A stretch of 64,000 nucleotides of DNA from Guillardia theta CCMP2712 (taxonomy: Eukaryota; Protista; Cryptophyta), in assembly GCF_000315625.1 (NCBI RefSeq), contig NW_005434574.1, positions 50,797 to 114,796 of the forward strand, written 5' to 3'. Position numbers and translations under genes: made by a program. The notes beneath the pieces are model-generated. The model saw only the letters and a list, made by a program, of their open reading frames with translations. It was not told the origin of the DNA and ran no database searches. Shown piece by piece: positions 24,701-35,639 of this stretch; the first letter of the stretch is position 1; every line of letters begins with the position of its first letter.

Positions 24701-27700
24701 GCGCCGCCGCCGCCAGTCCTGATCGACTTATCCGCATTCCCGCCATTGCACTGTATCAGGCCCGTCACCGTCACGTACGGCGCTGAAAGCAGCACGCTTC
24801 CGCCGCTCCCTCCCCCTCCCAGCCTGATCGCATCGACAGAATTGTACAGGCTACTATCCCCGCCGTTGGCAAGCAGCGACCCGCCGATCAGGATGCTTTC
24901 GAAGGATGATATCGTCAAAGAACCACCGCCCGCGCCACCATCGTTGGAAGAAGGAGCAGGAAGATCGCAGGTCCCACCACCCCCGCCGCCGCTGCCAAGA
25001 ACGCTGCTGGCAGACCAATCACTGTAGATATCCAGCGCCCCGTAAGCAGACAGCGCAGGAAACGACCCGTCTCCTCCCCTCCCGCCATAGCTGCCACCAG
25101 CCCCGCCATACCAACAAGCTGTAGCGGCCGGCCCACCTCCCCTACCGGACCCTGCTTGAATCGGGGATGATAGATTCGCGCTGCCGCCCTTCCCGCCCCT
25201 GCCGCTGACGTCGATGGTGGCGTTGATGACTACGGCTTGGACGGAGTGAAGGACCAGCGGATAGCTGCCAGAAACCGCCACTATGACGTTCTTCCCCAGT
25301 AGCAAGGAGGAGAAGTAGATCTGGCAGCTTTCGTTCAGGATCTGGCCCGGCAGCACGTGTTCGGAATTGACGATGAAGGAAAGGCTGCAGACGTCAGTGT
25401 CGATGGTGACAATGCCGGAAGAAAGTTCCAGATAGTTGAAACCCAGATAGCCTACGTCGCAGGTGCAATTCGTCCTTCCGGTTGAAGAATAGCTGTTGGC
25501 AGGGCAGGCGATGCAATCGTTGCTGGCAAGGCTGTGGTAGGTGTTGGCAGGGCAGGGGAAGCAGGTGTAGCTGTTCAAGCGTCCGTAGCCCGGCGGACAG
25601 AAGCACTGGTTGATTGAAGTCGATCCGATGCTGGAAGTCATGCCTGCTGGACAGCGATCGCATATTCCGGACGCGTTCAGGTAGAAATTTGCGTTGCAGG
25701 AGCATTCGTAGCTCCCGTACGTGTTGGTGCAGACGGAGTTCAATCCGCAGCGCTGGCCGGAAAGGCATTCGTTGATGTCATAGCAGACAGAAGCGTTCCA
25801 GTCGAACTGGAAGCCGTTGCCGCAATAAATGCAGCTGTTGATCGTCTGGCTGAAGATCCCTTCCGTGCACTTACAGAACGTGCTGTTTGCATTCGAAACG
25901 CTGTTTCCAGGGCACTTCTTGCATATCGGCAGTCCAGTCTTTGCGTCAATCCCCGCCGTGTAGTAGTTGATCTGGCAGACGCAATCGTTGATGGTTTTTG
26001 CAGGGCCAACTGTTGTCATCGTTTGCGGACAGGCCTTCAACTCCGTCCTGCACTGCCGGCATTGGCCGTATACATCTTTGTAGTATCCAACAGGGCAAAG
26101 GCAGAGCTCCAGATCCGTCGCACCTTCAAAGGAATGCAGCCCGGCAGGGCAGAGCAAGGGAGAGGCACTGTAGCACGGCATGCAGTAGCCGTCAATGGGT
26201 AGAAGGTAGGAGCCTGTCCCGCACTGGCAGTCGGTGATATCTGTCGAGCCCATCGCACTGTAAGATCCGACGGGGCATTTCTGGCAGCTTCCAGAGCCCC
26301 TTTCGGACTTGTAAGTGTTGAAAGGGCAGGGAGCGCAGCCGTCCTGATAGGGATAGTAGCCCTTCCGGCAAAGGCAGGTCCTGTTAAGAAAGCTGGTATA
26401 GACGACTTCCATGTTATTCGGGCATTGGATGCAGGCGTCCAGCGTGCTGTTGGTAGTCAGAAGGTAGTCCGGGCAGGGCAGACAAGATCCGTTGGCCACG
26501 CCGTAGTAGCCAGAGCCGCAGGCGCAGTCGCTGAAAGAAGTGCTGCCGGAAAAGTAGGTGGAATACGGCACCGGGCAGGATTCGCAGCCGTAATTTCCGA
26601 CGGTGCTCTTGAACTTGCCAACAGGGCAATACTGGCAGATCTGGCTGAAGGCGATGCCGTCAATGGTTACAGGGATGGATACCGGCGTCATCTGATAGCC
26701 CTTTGCACAGGTGCAGTTCAGTATTGAAGTGCTGGCGATATCCATAGTCACCATGTTGAACGGACAGCGCGTGCAGTAGTCGGGACCGGCAGTGCTTTTG
26801 AAGTATCCATCATCGCAGGGGATACAGATGCCACCAGCCGCGCCGTAATAGCCGGCAGGGCAGTAGCAATTGACGACACTGGAAGAGCCGATGCCGGAAA
26901 CCATCCGATAAGGGCAGCTTTTGCACTTGAAGAGCCCGGCAACGTCACTGTATGTGCTTTCAGGGCATTGGACGATGTAGTAGCCGCCAACAGACAGCGT
27001 TGAAAGCAACCTTCTGCCACCGGGTGAAGCGGACTGATAGAAGCCAGGCGCAGCAACGCAGTCGGTGGATGAATTACTCCCCTCCTTACTGACAGTGTTT
27101 GGCGAACAGGAAAGGCAGGATAGCAGCCCGGCAACATCGCTGTAATGATCGGGCGGGCAGGGGTAGCAGGGGACGCTTCCGTTAAGCGAAAAGAAGCCCG
27201 GCCCGCAAAGGCAGCTACCAATCGAAACCGAACCCGTGCCGGAAGTGACGCCAGGGTACGGGCAGGCGGTGCAGTCCTGATTGCCGCTGCCATGATGGAT
27301 TTGAACTGGTTGAAGGGGCAAGCGCTGCAGGTGCGCGGTGCGCTAAGGTAGAATCCAGCCTTGCAGACGCAGGCATCGATGGAAACGCTCCCAATCGCGC
27401 TTACAGAGTTGGAAAAGCAAGAAACACAGGAGCCAGCAGACCAATACTTGTTTTCAGGGCATTGGATGCAATCCACCTTGCCTGCCGCCCCTGCGTTGTA
27501 GTAGCCGGCGACGCACTTGCAATCCGTTATGGCGACAGAAGCGGTCTGATTCGCGAAGGAATTGGCTGGGCACTGCGTGCATTGGAAGGAGCCGGTTATG
27601 TTCTTGTATTCGCCGGCAGGACAGGGCTCGCATTGGTTGCTTCCCGTCCCCCTGTAGCCAACAAGACAGAAGCAGGCGGATACATCAACAGACCCTTGCT

Positions 27701-30700
27701 TGATCGTCGAAGCATGGTCAGGGCATTGGGTGCAAAGCGCGTTCTTTGCCACGTCCTTGTACTTTCCAATCGCGCAGGCAGTGCAGGCAGTGCCAGAGCC
27801 GCCGTATCCCCTGTCGCAGAAGCAGGAATCGATGGCAACGCTGCGCTGGACGCTGGTCGACCCCGTTGGGCATGTTTTGCATATCGACCCGTCGTAGTAA
27901 GTGCCAGGTTTGCAGATAGAGCAGCTTCCATCGGTGTTGGACGAAAAGCCCTGCGCGCAGGCGCAATCGTAGATCGTTATAGAGCCTTCGATGCTGTCAG
28001 AATTCGCCGGACAGTCGTTGCAAGGCCCGGGCCCAAAGTCCTTGTACGTCCCCCTTGGACAGATGGTGCAGGCTTGGCCGTCAGAACCGTAATAGCCCGC
28101 GTTACAGAAGCACTGTTCCAAGCTGTAAGAGCCCGACGACGCAGTGTGCGTGTTGGCAGGGCAGAGCGTGCAGGGCTGGTAGATCGAAGGCTTGTAGTAT
28201 CCGACGGAGCAACCGACGCAGCTGGAACCGATCAGCTCTTTGCCTAGCGGACAGGAACAGGAAGTAGAAGCGTTCGCCGACGTAAGGCCAGAAGGGCAAG
28301 GCAGGCAGGAACTGCCACGCTGGTAAGTCCCTTCCTTGCAGGGGGTGCAGATGCCGTCGACTGGGATGTATCCTTCTATGCAGGTGCATTGAAGCGCGCT
28401 GGTAGAGCCGGCGGAACTTAACAGGCCCTTCGGACAAGAGAAAAGGAACGTCAGACCAACCATACAGCTCTGATTCCTGCTGTGCGTGGTGGTATTTTCA
28501 GGGCAGGAGCAGATGACGTACGTTTCATTGACGATGGTGGTGATGTAGGTCGAAGGACAGGGGCTTTGCTGGTAGACGCAGGTGCCGTTGACATCTAGAA
28601 AGCCATCCACACAAACGCATTCAAGCGACTGCGAAGAAGGTGAATACTGCAGCGTTCCGTTGCAAGAACCGCGGGTGTAAACGCAGGCAAGGTCGCAGGA
28701 ATAATATCTTCCAGTCCCGCTTCCAACGATCTTGCATCGATCCGTCGCCGAACTTCGGACGTATCCGGTGTAGACGACCGGCAGCCCTTCCGGATTCGAA
28801 GCGGGCGGCAGTTCGTAGGGCGTGTAGCTCTTGTTGCAGACGCAGTAGGAGCTGCCGACGGAAGACGTGCTGTTTCCAGGGCAGGAAAGGCAGGCATTAT
28901 CCGATGTGCTGTTCAAGGAGTACGTGCCCGCCGGACAGCGCGTGCAGGGGACATTTCCGTTTGGATTGCCGTAGTAGCCAGAAGGGCAGTAGCAGGAAAG
29001 GAAATAGCCCTGCTTTGGAGCGTAATAGATCACGATGTTGGTCTTGAAAGCATAGCCCTCTGTCACACAGAACAGTGTCTGACAGGAAGCAAGCGAAGGG
29101 CTAAGTGCAGGTGCAGATTTTCCACTGGGACAGACCTTGCAGAACGATATGTTTCCAGCCGTCAGATCGACGCCGGTGGAATAAGTGTCTGCTGGACAGG
29201 GATTGCAGACTGTCTGCCCATCACCCACGTAGCCGGCCATGCAGCGACATTTCCGTTCGAACGCGTAAGTTGAAATGTTCACTGGTGGGCTGTAGGGATC
29301 ATACTGCAATATCTGCGTGGTAGTGTAGTTGCCGTCAATCGGAACGCTGACATCCATGCTGCATTGCGGTATGTAGCAATCGATCAGCGAAGTCGAGCCA
29401 GGCTGCGAAACTTGGCCGAAAGGGCAGTCGTGGCAGAAATCGGGCGTTACTTCGTAGAAGGAAAGCACCAGAAGGCTTTCGCTTGCAAGGATGATCGAAC
29501 GCTTCTTGATGTCAGGGATGAACTTGCTGAAAGTTACGCCATTGACCCGTTTGAAGTCTTTTACCTGTTTACTCTTCGCGTCTACAAGCTGCAATCTGCC
29601 GTCAGTGGAAGCTATCAAGATCTGATCCTGCGTCGGACTGACTATCAGACCCAAGACATTGGAAAAGGTATAATATGCCGTGTTCTGGTAGAAGGGGCTA
29701 AGGAACGCTTCGCTCCCCACCGCCGCAACCGATCCTGGAATGTTGACAAGAAAAAGGGAGTTGGAAGACATCGCCCATACGGTTTCCGTCTTGTGCGCGT
29801 AAGCAATGCAGACAGGGGTGAAGGAGACAGTGAACGTTACAACTTTGAAATTGGAAAGATCCACCTTGCGGATTCCATTCAGGCCCGTCTCTAGAACTAC
29901 CATGTAGGCGCTGTCGTAGCTGACGTCGGCGGCAAAGGCGTTGCTGAATGAAGCCGCGGATCCAATCCCGTCCGTGCTGGTAGTGCTGCTGGAAGTGCCA
30001 ATGACGATCGTCTTGATGTAGGACTTTAGGCTTGTCATCGATACAAAAGAGCCCTTTTCGAACACGAATGCGTAGTTGCTGTCCTTGGTGATCTGGATCA
30101 GCTTCGGATTGGCGTAGGAAAGAACGTTGTTGTTGACGTCCCTGCTGACGGCCCAACCCACCTGCCGCTCTTTGTCAAGGATGTAGAGCACGGAAGAAGT
30201 TGAATCTTCCACCCTGAAGAAGTGGCTCTGGTTGAAGACGATGGACGAAGTATAACCCTGGATGACCACCAGCGGGGAATAGGTGATGGTCGTGTCCTGT
30301 CCGAACTTGCTGGTTCCGTATTGCTCCGGTCCGCAGCTGGGATTCAGCGTGCTGGAATTCAGGTAGTCGGAAAGATAGCTGATGCAGGACGCACTTCCGG
30401 GCTGGACGGAGTAGTAGCCGTTGGGACAGGGCTGGCAACCGATCGTGCTGGTAGAAAGCGTGTAATCAAGGTACTTTCCAACCGGACACAGATCACAGAA
30501 CGACTGGCCTGCCGTCAAAGACCAGGATCCAAGCGGACAGTACTGGCAGGGCGATTCGCCAAGAACGTTCTTGTATTTGCCAGCAGGACAGACGGAACAG
30601 GACGATCCAGAAGGTCCGGTGTAGCCAATGGGACAGACGCATTGGCTGCTGGATGTTGCGCCGGGCAGAGAAGTAGCGTTTTCCGGGCAGTAATTGCAGG

Positions 30701-30863
30701 CCTGGATGCCAATCGTGCTCTTGTAAGTGCCAGGGCTGCAGGGGCTACAATCCCTTCCGGAATAAAGCAGTTCAAATTCCGTCAGGCCCCACCACGCCCT
30801 GCTACTCCTGCCGAACGCCGTGTCCTTGCTGACGTTGATCTTCAGGTCCATCGTCAGAGAGAG
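21711..30863 (-). CDS. Segment B (inverted, ~3,050 codons, one frameshift near 27290): GCC2/GCC3 ephrin-receptor-like Cys repeats, NHL-like beta-propeller, Ca-binding EGF, Gly-rich domain
   Basis: ORFs 26748..30851 and 21676..27321 are one repeat protein in two frames. Dozens of CxxCPxGxYK...CxxCP...GSxSxxxCxC units. Propeller ~29450-30280 (DGIGSAASFSNAFAADVS...IRKVDL); DINECLSGQRCGLNSVCTNTYGSYECSC ~25680-25780; Gly-rich ~24600-25230; RRLL motif ~27010. No signal peptide or natural C-terminus of its own. Confidence 0.85.
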
Positions 30864-33800
30864 TCAGCAGCTGCGTCTGCGCGCCAGGATTGACCTTCAG
30901 CTTGACAGATCTATGCGTGCCTTGTCCGATAGCGACCTACAAGACCAACTTCAGTCTGTACGGCTGCCAGTCCTGCCCGCGCTTCTTCACTACGCCTTAC
31001 AACGCAAGCACCAGCTTTACAGAATGCACCTGCCTGCCTACCTTTGAAAGAACGGCACAGACAGTCTGCACCTGTCCGAAAGGAAGCGATTTACAAGCTG
31101 AAAGCTGCAAGCTCTGTCCTGTTGGTACGTACAAGAATACGTCATCGTTGGACTCTTGCTATCCCTGCCCGCGCTTCTTCAGCACTGCTTCCAATGGCAG
31201 CACCAGCTTCAACAACTGCAGCTGCGAAGCTACGTTCTACAGGGGAGCGGAGACTGTTTGCACTTGCGCGCTAGGCAAGACGCTTCACGGCGAAATCTGC
31301 GTCAGTTGCGACGTCGACACCTACAAAGACTTCATCGGATACGATGCCTGTATCAACTGCCCGCCGAATTCTATCACGCTCTCCAACCAATCTTCATCCT
31401 TTGATCAGTGTCTTGCTATCGCTGGCTATTACCGTGACGGAAGGAACTTTTCGCAGTGCCCAAAAGCCACCTACAAGCCCGTTGTCGGGAATATCAACTG
31501 TACAAACTGCCCGATTGGCTCTACCACCTTTTTCACTGGCTCTATCCCTGCGACAAGCTGCGTATCGGATCTTGGATACTACCAGAAAAGCGACGGAAGC
31601 TTCACCTTCTGTGCTATTGGTACTTATTCCGATGTAATCAACACGACGACCTGCAAGACCTGCTTCCCTGGCTCTACCACTGCCAGCACAACGGCTACGG
31701 CTTCCAGTCTCTGCATTGCCGACCTTGGCTACTACGGCAGCAGCGGCGTTTTCACGCAGTGTGCGATTGGCACTTACAGCGACCAGATCGGGCTTACTGT
31801 TTGCAAGTCATGCGCTGCTGGTCAGACTACCGGACAGATCGGCTCGAATAACTACCGTCAATGCGGCTTCCAGTGCGTCCCTGGCACTTACAGCTCTAAC
31901 GGTGTGATGACAAGCCTGGAAGACTGCGGTGCTATGACTGGCAATTCGCTCTGCACGGGCGGGCAGTCGAGCTATTACAGTTCTCGTGCTTTTCCTTGGA
32001 GCTACGCAGTGGATAACAATCTTGGCAACTTCATGCATACTGCTTGCGTCGCAACGCGCTATTGGTGGATAGATTTTGGCAGCAGCAAGGACGTTCAGTC
32101 AGTAGTGATGTGGAGTAGAAGCAATTGCTGTTGGGAGCGCGATAGTGGTGATAGGATCTATGTTGGCAACTCCCTGACGCCTACCAGCAACAAACTGTGC
32201 GGGATAATGGGACTTTTTCCAAGTGGAAATTACAACAACACTGTCAACTGCCAGTTCTCCGGCCGCTATCTGTTTGTTTACTATATCGGATACAATATAC
32301 GACCCGACTACTGCATGAACTGGGCGGAAATCAACATCCAGGGCTGTCAGAACTGTCCACTGGGCTATTTCCAAGCACAATCAGGCAGAACGAACTGTAG
32401 CGCCTGTGCGATCGGCTCTTACGCTGACGCGCCTGGATCTTCATCTTGCACGGCCTGTCCAACGTTTGCTACCAACGATATTCTGTCCAGCGTTACCATC
32501 GAAGATTGCTTCTGCACGAAGAACTTCGTTTGGTTGAACCATCAGTGCGTTTGTCCGAAAGGAATGCATCTTTCAAGTTATCAGAACTGCACGGATTGTC
32601 CTGCTGGCACGTACAAAGACAGCTTCAGTCTTTCCGAATGCCAAGTGTGCCCTGCCGATACCTATTCCAGTGCTGGCGCTTCGTTCTGTTCGTCATGCCC
32701 GGCGCAGACGCGAAGCTCTAACTCTTCCAGTTCCATCTGCGACTGTGTTTCCGGCTGCGGATTCGGTTCTTACTGGAACAGTTCGCTTGGGCAGTGCGTT
32801 TTCTGCGAAGCTGGCAAGCTAAGCCCTGCGTATGGCTTGGCAAACAACGGGCAATGCGACAACGCCAGCAGCTGCGCGGCCAACACTTACGCTTCTAACG
32901 GGGTATGTATACCCTGCCCTGATTCCAGGCCTTATTCGCCTGCTGGCTCTACCAACGAATGCTTCTGCACGGCTGACCAATGCCTGCTAACAGCCTGCAA
33001 CTTCGACGAATATGCAGAGCCCGGCTACTGTGTCTCTTGTCCTGACTCGAAGCATGTGCCCTGGCCCAGATATGCAAGCTTCGGACCTGACCAACTGCCA
33101 ATGCAAGAACATATCGAAAACCTGTCCGTTTGATTCATACATGATTGAAGAGATTAATATGACTTCCAGCATTCCATTCACCAAGCTCAGTGATAACGAA
33201 AACATCTACTGGAAATTTACCAACAAAGGCGACGATCAGACAGCCTACAGTGTCAACGTGACAGTGCCAACGCTGGTCACAATGCTGATCATTGCAGGCG
33301 GCGGTTCTGGCGGTGACGCAGTGGGAAAGTACGTAGCTAGATCGCAAAGTGTCGGCGGTGGTGGAGCCGGTGGTGCGATACGCGCTACTGACGTCTGGCT
33401 GCCTGTTGGTCAGTATACCGTGAAGGTTGGCAGGGGAGGAGTGAATGGAAATGGCATAGATAGCTCTTTAATCAGCGCCAATGCTAGCTACATAGCTATT
33501 GGTGGCGGAATGGGCGGATGGTACGGTGTGAATGGCCAATTCGGTGGCTCTGGTGGCGGTGCCGGTGGAAGTTCAAGTGGTGGCGGAGGTGTTTCTGGAC
33601 AAGGCTATCGTGGCACTCCCAGTAGCGGATTCGGCACAAGCGGAGGAGGTGGCGGCGCCGGTGGTTCTGGGCCTGCAGCGTATTCTAGTGCATACAATTC
33701 CAAACTTCCAGGCCCTTGTATCTATTCAGACATTACTGGAACTTTGCTGCCTTACGCGGCCGGAGGTAACGGTGGATCAGATGGCGATTTGGTCATATCT

Positions 33801-35342
33801 TGGAAGAATACAGTCAGCATGTGCGGCATCGGTGGCGTTGGTGGTTGGTCCGGTCACATAACTGGAACGAACGGAGCTCCGGATACTGGATCTGGCGGTG
33901 GTGGCGGTGGATTGTCAGGAGCAGTTGTCGCAGCGCCGAACATTAACGATCCGGGCGATACGCCTGAAGCATCAGGTAACGGAGGATCTGGCATTGTTAT
34001 CATTCGTTCGGTATACTTCCGGTATTGTCAAACTTGTCCTGCTTCAAAGCCTAACGCTCCAGTCGGATCTACTGACCCATGCCACTGCCAGCGCTGTCCG
34101 CTTGATTCATTCGACGTTGGTGATACCTGCGTGAAGCGCTGCCCGGCCAATTCGAAGAAGCTGCCTACCGAATCTTACTTCAACTTTTCATGCGCCGCTT
34201 ATCCTGGATTCTACCGCAATGGAAGCGACTTCCAGCGCTGTCCGATTGCAACCTACAAAGATACATATGCCAACACGCCCTGCCTTGCCTGCCCGCTTGG
34301 CACGTATTCCAACATCGAACAGAGCACTTTCTGTAGGGATTGTCCAGTTGGTTACTACACAGTTTCAACGGGCTCTTCGGTGTGTGTTTCCTGTCCCACC
34401 TATTTCACTACAGTCGGCAACGGAAGCAAGAGCTACGACTACTGCGTTTGTCAACCTGGCTTTTCCCGTAAGGATTATGCAAGTTGCGCCTGTAGTCCGG
34501 GCTATACATTCGATGGCAATTCAAGCTGCAAAACTTGTGCTGTCGGATACTACAAAGATCACATTGGTTTTGATAACTGTACTGCCTGCGGTCAATACTT
34601 CAATACTGCGGGACAGGGCAGTCCCAGCTTTGATAACTGCACCTGCATTTCGAACTTCGTGAAAGAAGGAGATCAATGTCTTTGTGATATTAGATTCTAT
34701 CACCAGAGCGGTGCTACATTTTGTACGGTCTGCGCAGGTGGAAGCTACAAGAATGTCAAAAGCTTAGCAAACTGCTCTATTTGCGGAGCTGGAAAGTATT
34801 CCGACAGTGGAGCTTCAGTCTGTATCAATTGCCCTATCAACACGTTGAACGGCGGGAATGGATCGGGTCTATGCAGCTGCGCTTCAGGTTGTGGATATGG
34901 CTCTTACTGGGATATATCTTCCAGTCAGTGTGTCATTTGCCCTGTTGGAAAGGTCAGCCCTGCTTACGGAATAGCTAACAGCGGTACGTGCGATACCAGC
35001 AGCGTCTGTGCCGCAAATACATACTTGTCTGCAGGAATCTGTATCGCCTGCCCTTCTGATAAACCGTATTCGCCTGCTGGCTCTACGAACAAATGCTTCT
35101 GTACTGAAAATCAGTGTATCGAAACGTTTTGCAACGCCTACCAATACTATAATGGAACTTCTAGCCAGTGCCTGATGTGCGCACAGGGATTCATGCCGTT
35201 CACTTTTAGCCCTTTCGTTAATTTCCACTCTTCTTTTCGAGAAAGTTTTTTTGGGGTGGCGTGTGAATTCAAACAAGTTTTCAACGGCAGCAAGAGATAC
35301 CTCCAAAGAGTACCAGTGCAGTTTAGTTATCATTTCTGCTAG
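30864..35342 (+). CDS. Segment C (~1,490 codons, one frameshift near 33062): Cys repeats, F-type lectin domain, Gly-rich domain; 3' end apparently truncated
   Basis: Frame opens mid-repeat (SSCVCAPGL) with no ATG or signal peptide. F-type lectin ~31950-32345 (AVDNN..FMHT..WWIDFG..RSNCCWER..IYVGN..GRYLFV..WAEI). Gly-rich ~33250-34010 (IIAGGGSGG..GGGGAGG..YTVKVGRGG..GGSGIVIIR). Cys pattern ends near 35195 without a TM anchor. Confidence 0.85.
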
Positions 35343-35639
35343 GCCTTTACATGTATTTTAACTTTCATTTCAGAGGGTTGAAATGTTTTCAACATCGTAC
35401 ACGCCCGACTCATGTCTCCCCTACACGCCGGCACGTAGCACCAAAGCTGCTCCTCCAACGATGCCGCTGTAAGACCATCCGCTGCTGTAGCCAGCATCAG
35501 ATCTCAGCATGCAAGGCTTTGTTAGGTTTGAAGCTCTCTAGTCAGCACAGTTTGAGACCTGAGACCGCTAGGTTCGTGGTGATGCGTTCGGTGACAACAC
35601 AGTGTGCAGCAATGGCGTTGTGAGATCCATGGTTCAAAA

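Noticed and set aside
28428-28466. Intron-like stretch (CTGAC plus pyrimidines) inside segment B
   Set aside because: The ORF reads through in frame, and splicing the 38-nt GT-AG candidate would break it.
21744-30893. Numerous overlapping antisense and alternate-frame ORFs inside the giant gene
   Set aside because: Shadow ORFs expected from GC-rich, biased-codon coding sequence; no domains.
21660-30920. Long inverted repeats (shufflon-type sites) at the inversion ends
   Set aside because: Only 4-5 bp microhomologies (CTGA, ACGAT) and an imperfect CTCTG(C)ACGAT match; too short for classical invertase sites.
33056-33069. 14-nt GT-AG micro-intron explaining frameshift 2
   Set aside because: Removing it does not restore the frame and it is far below the local intron size.
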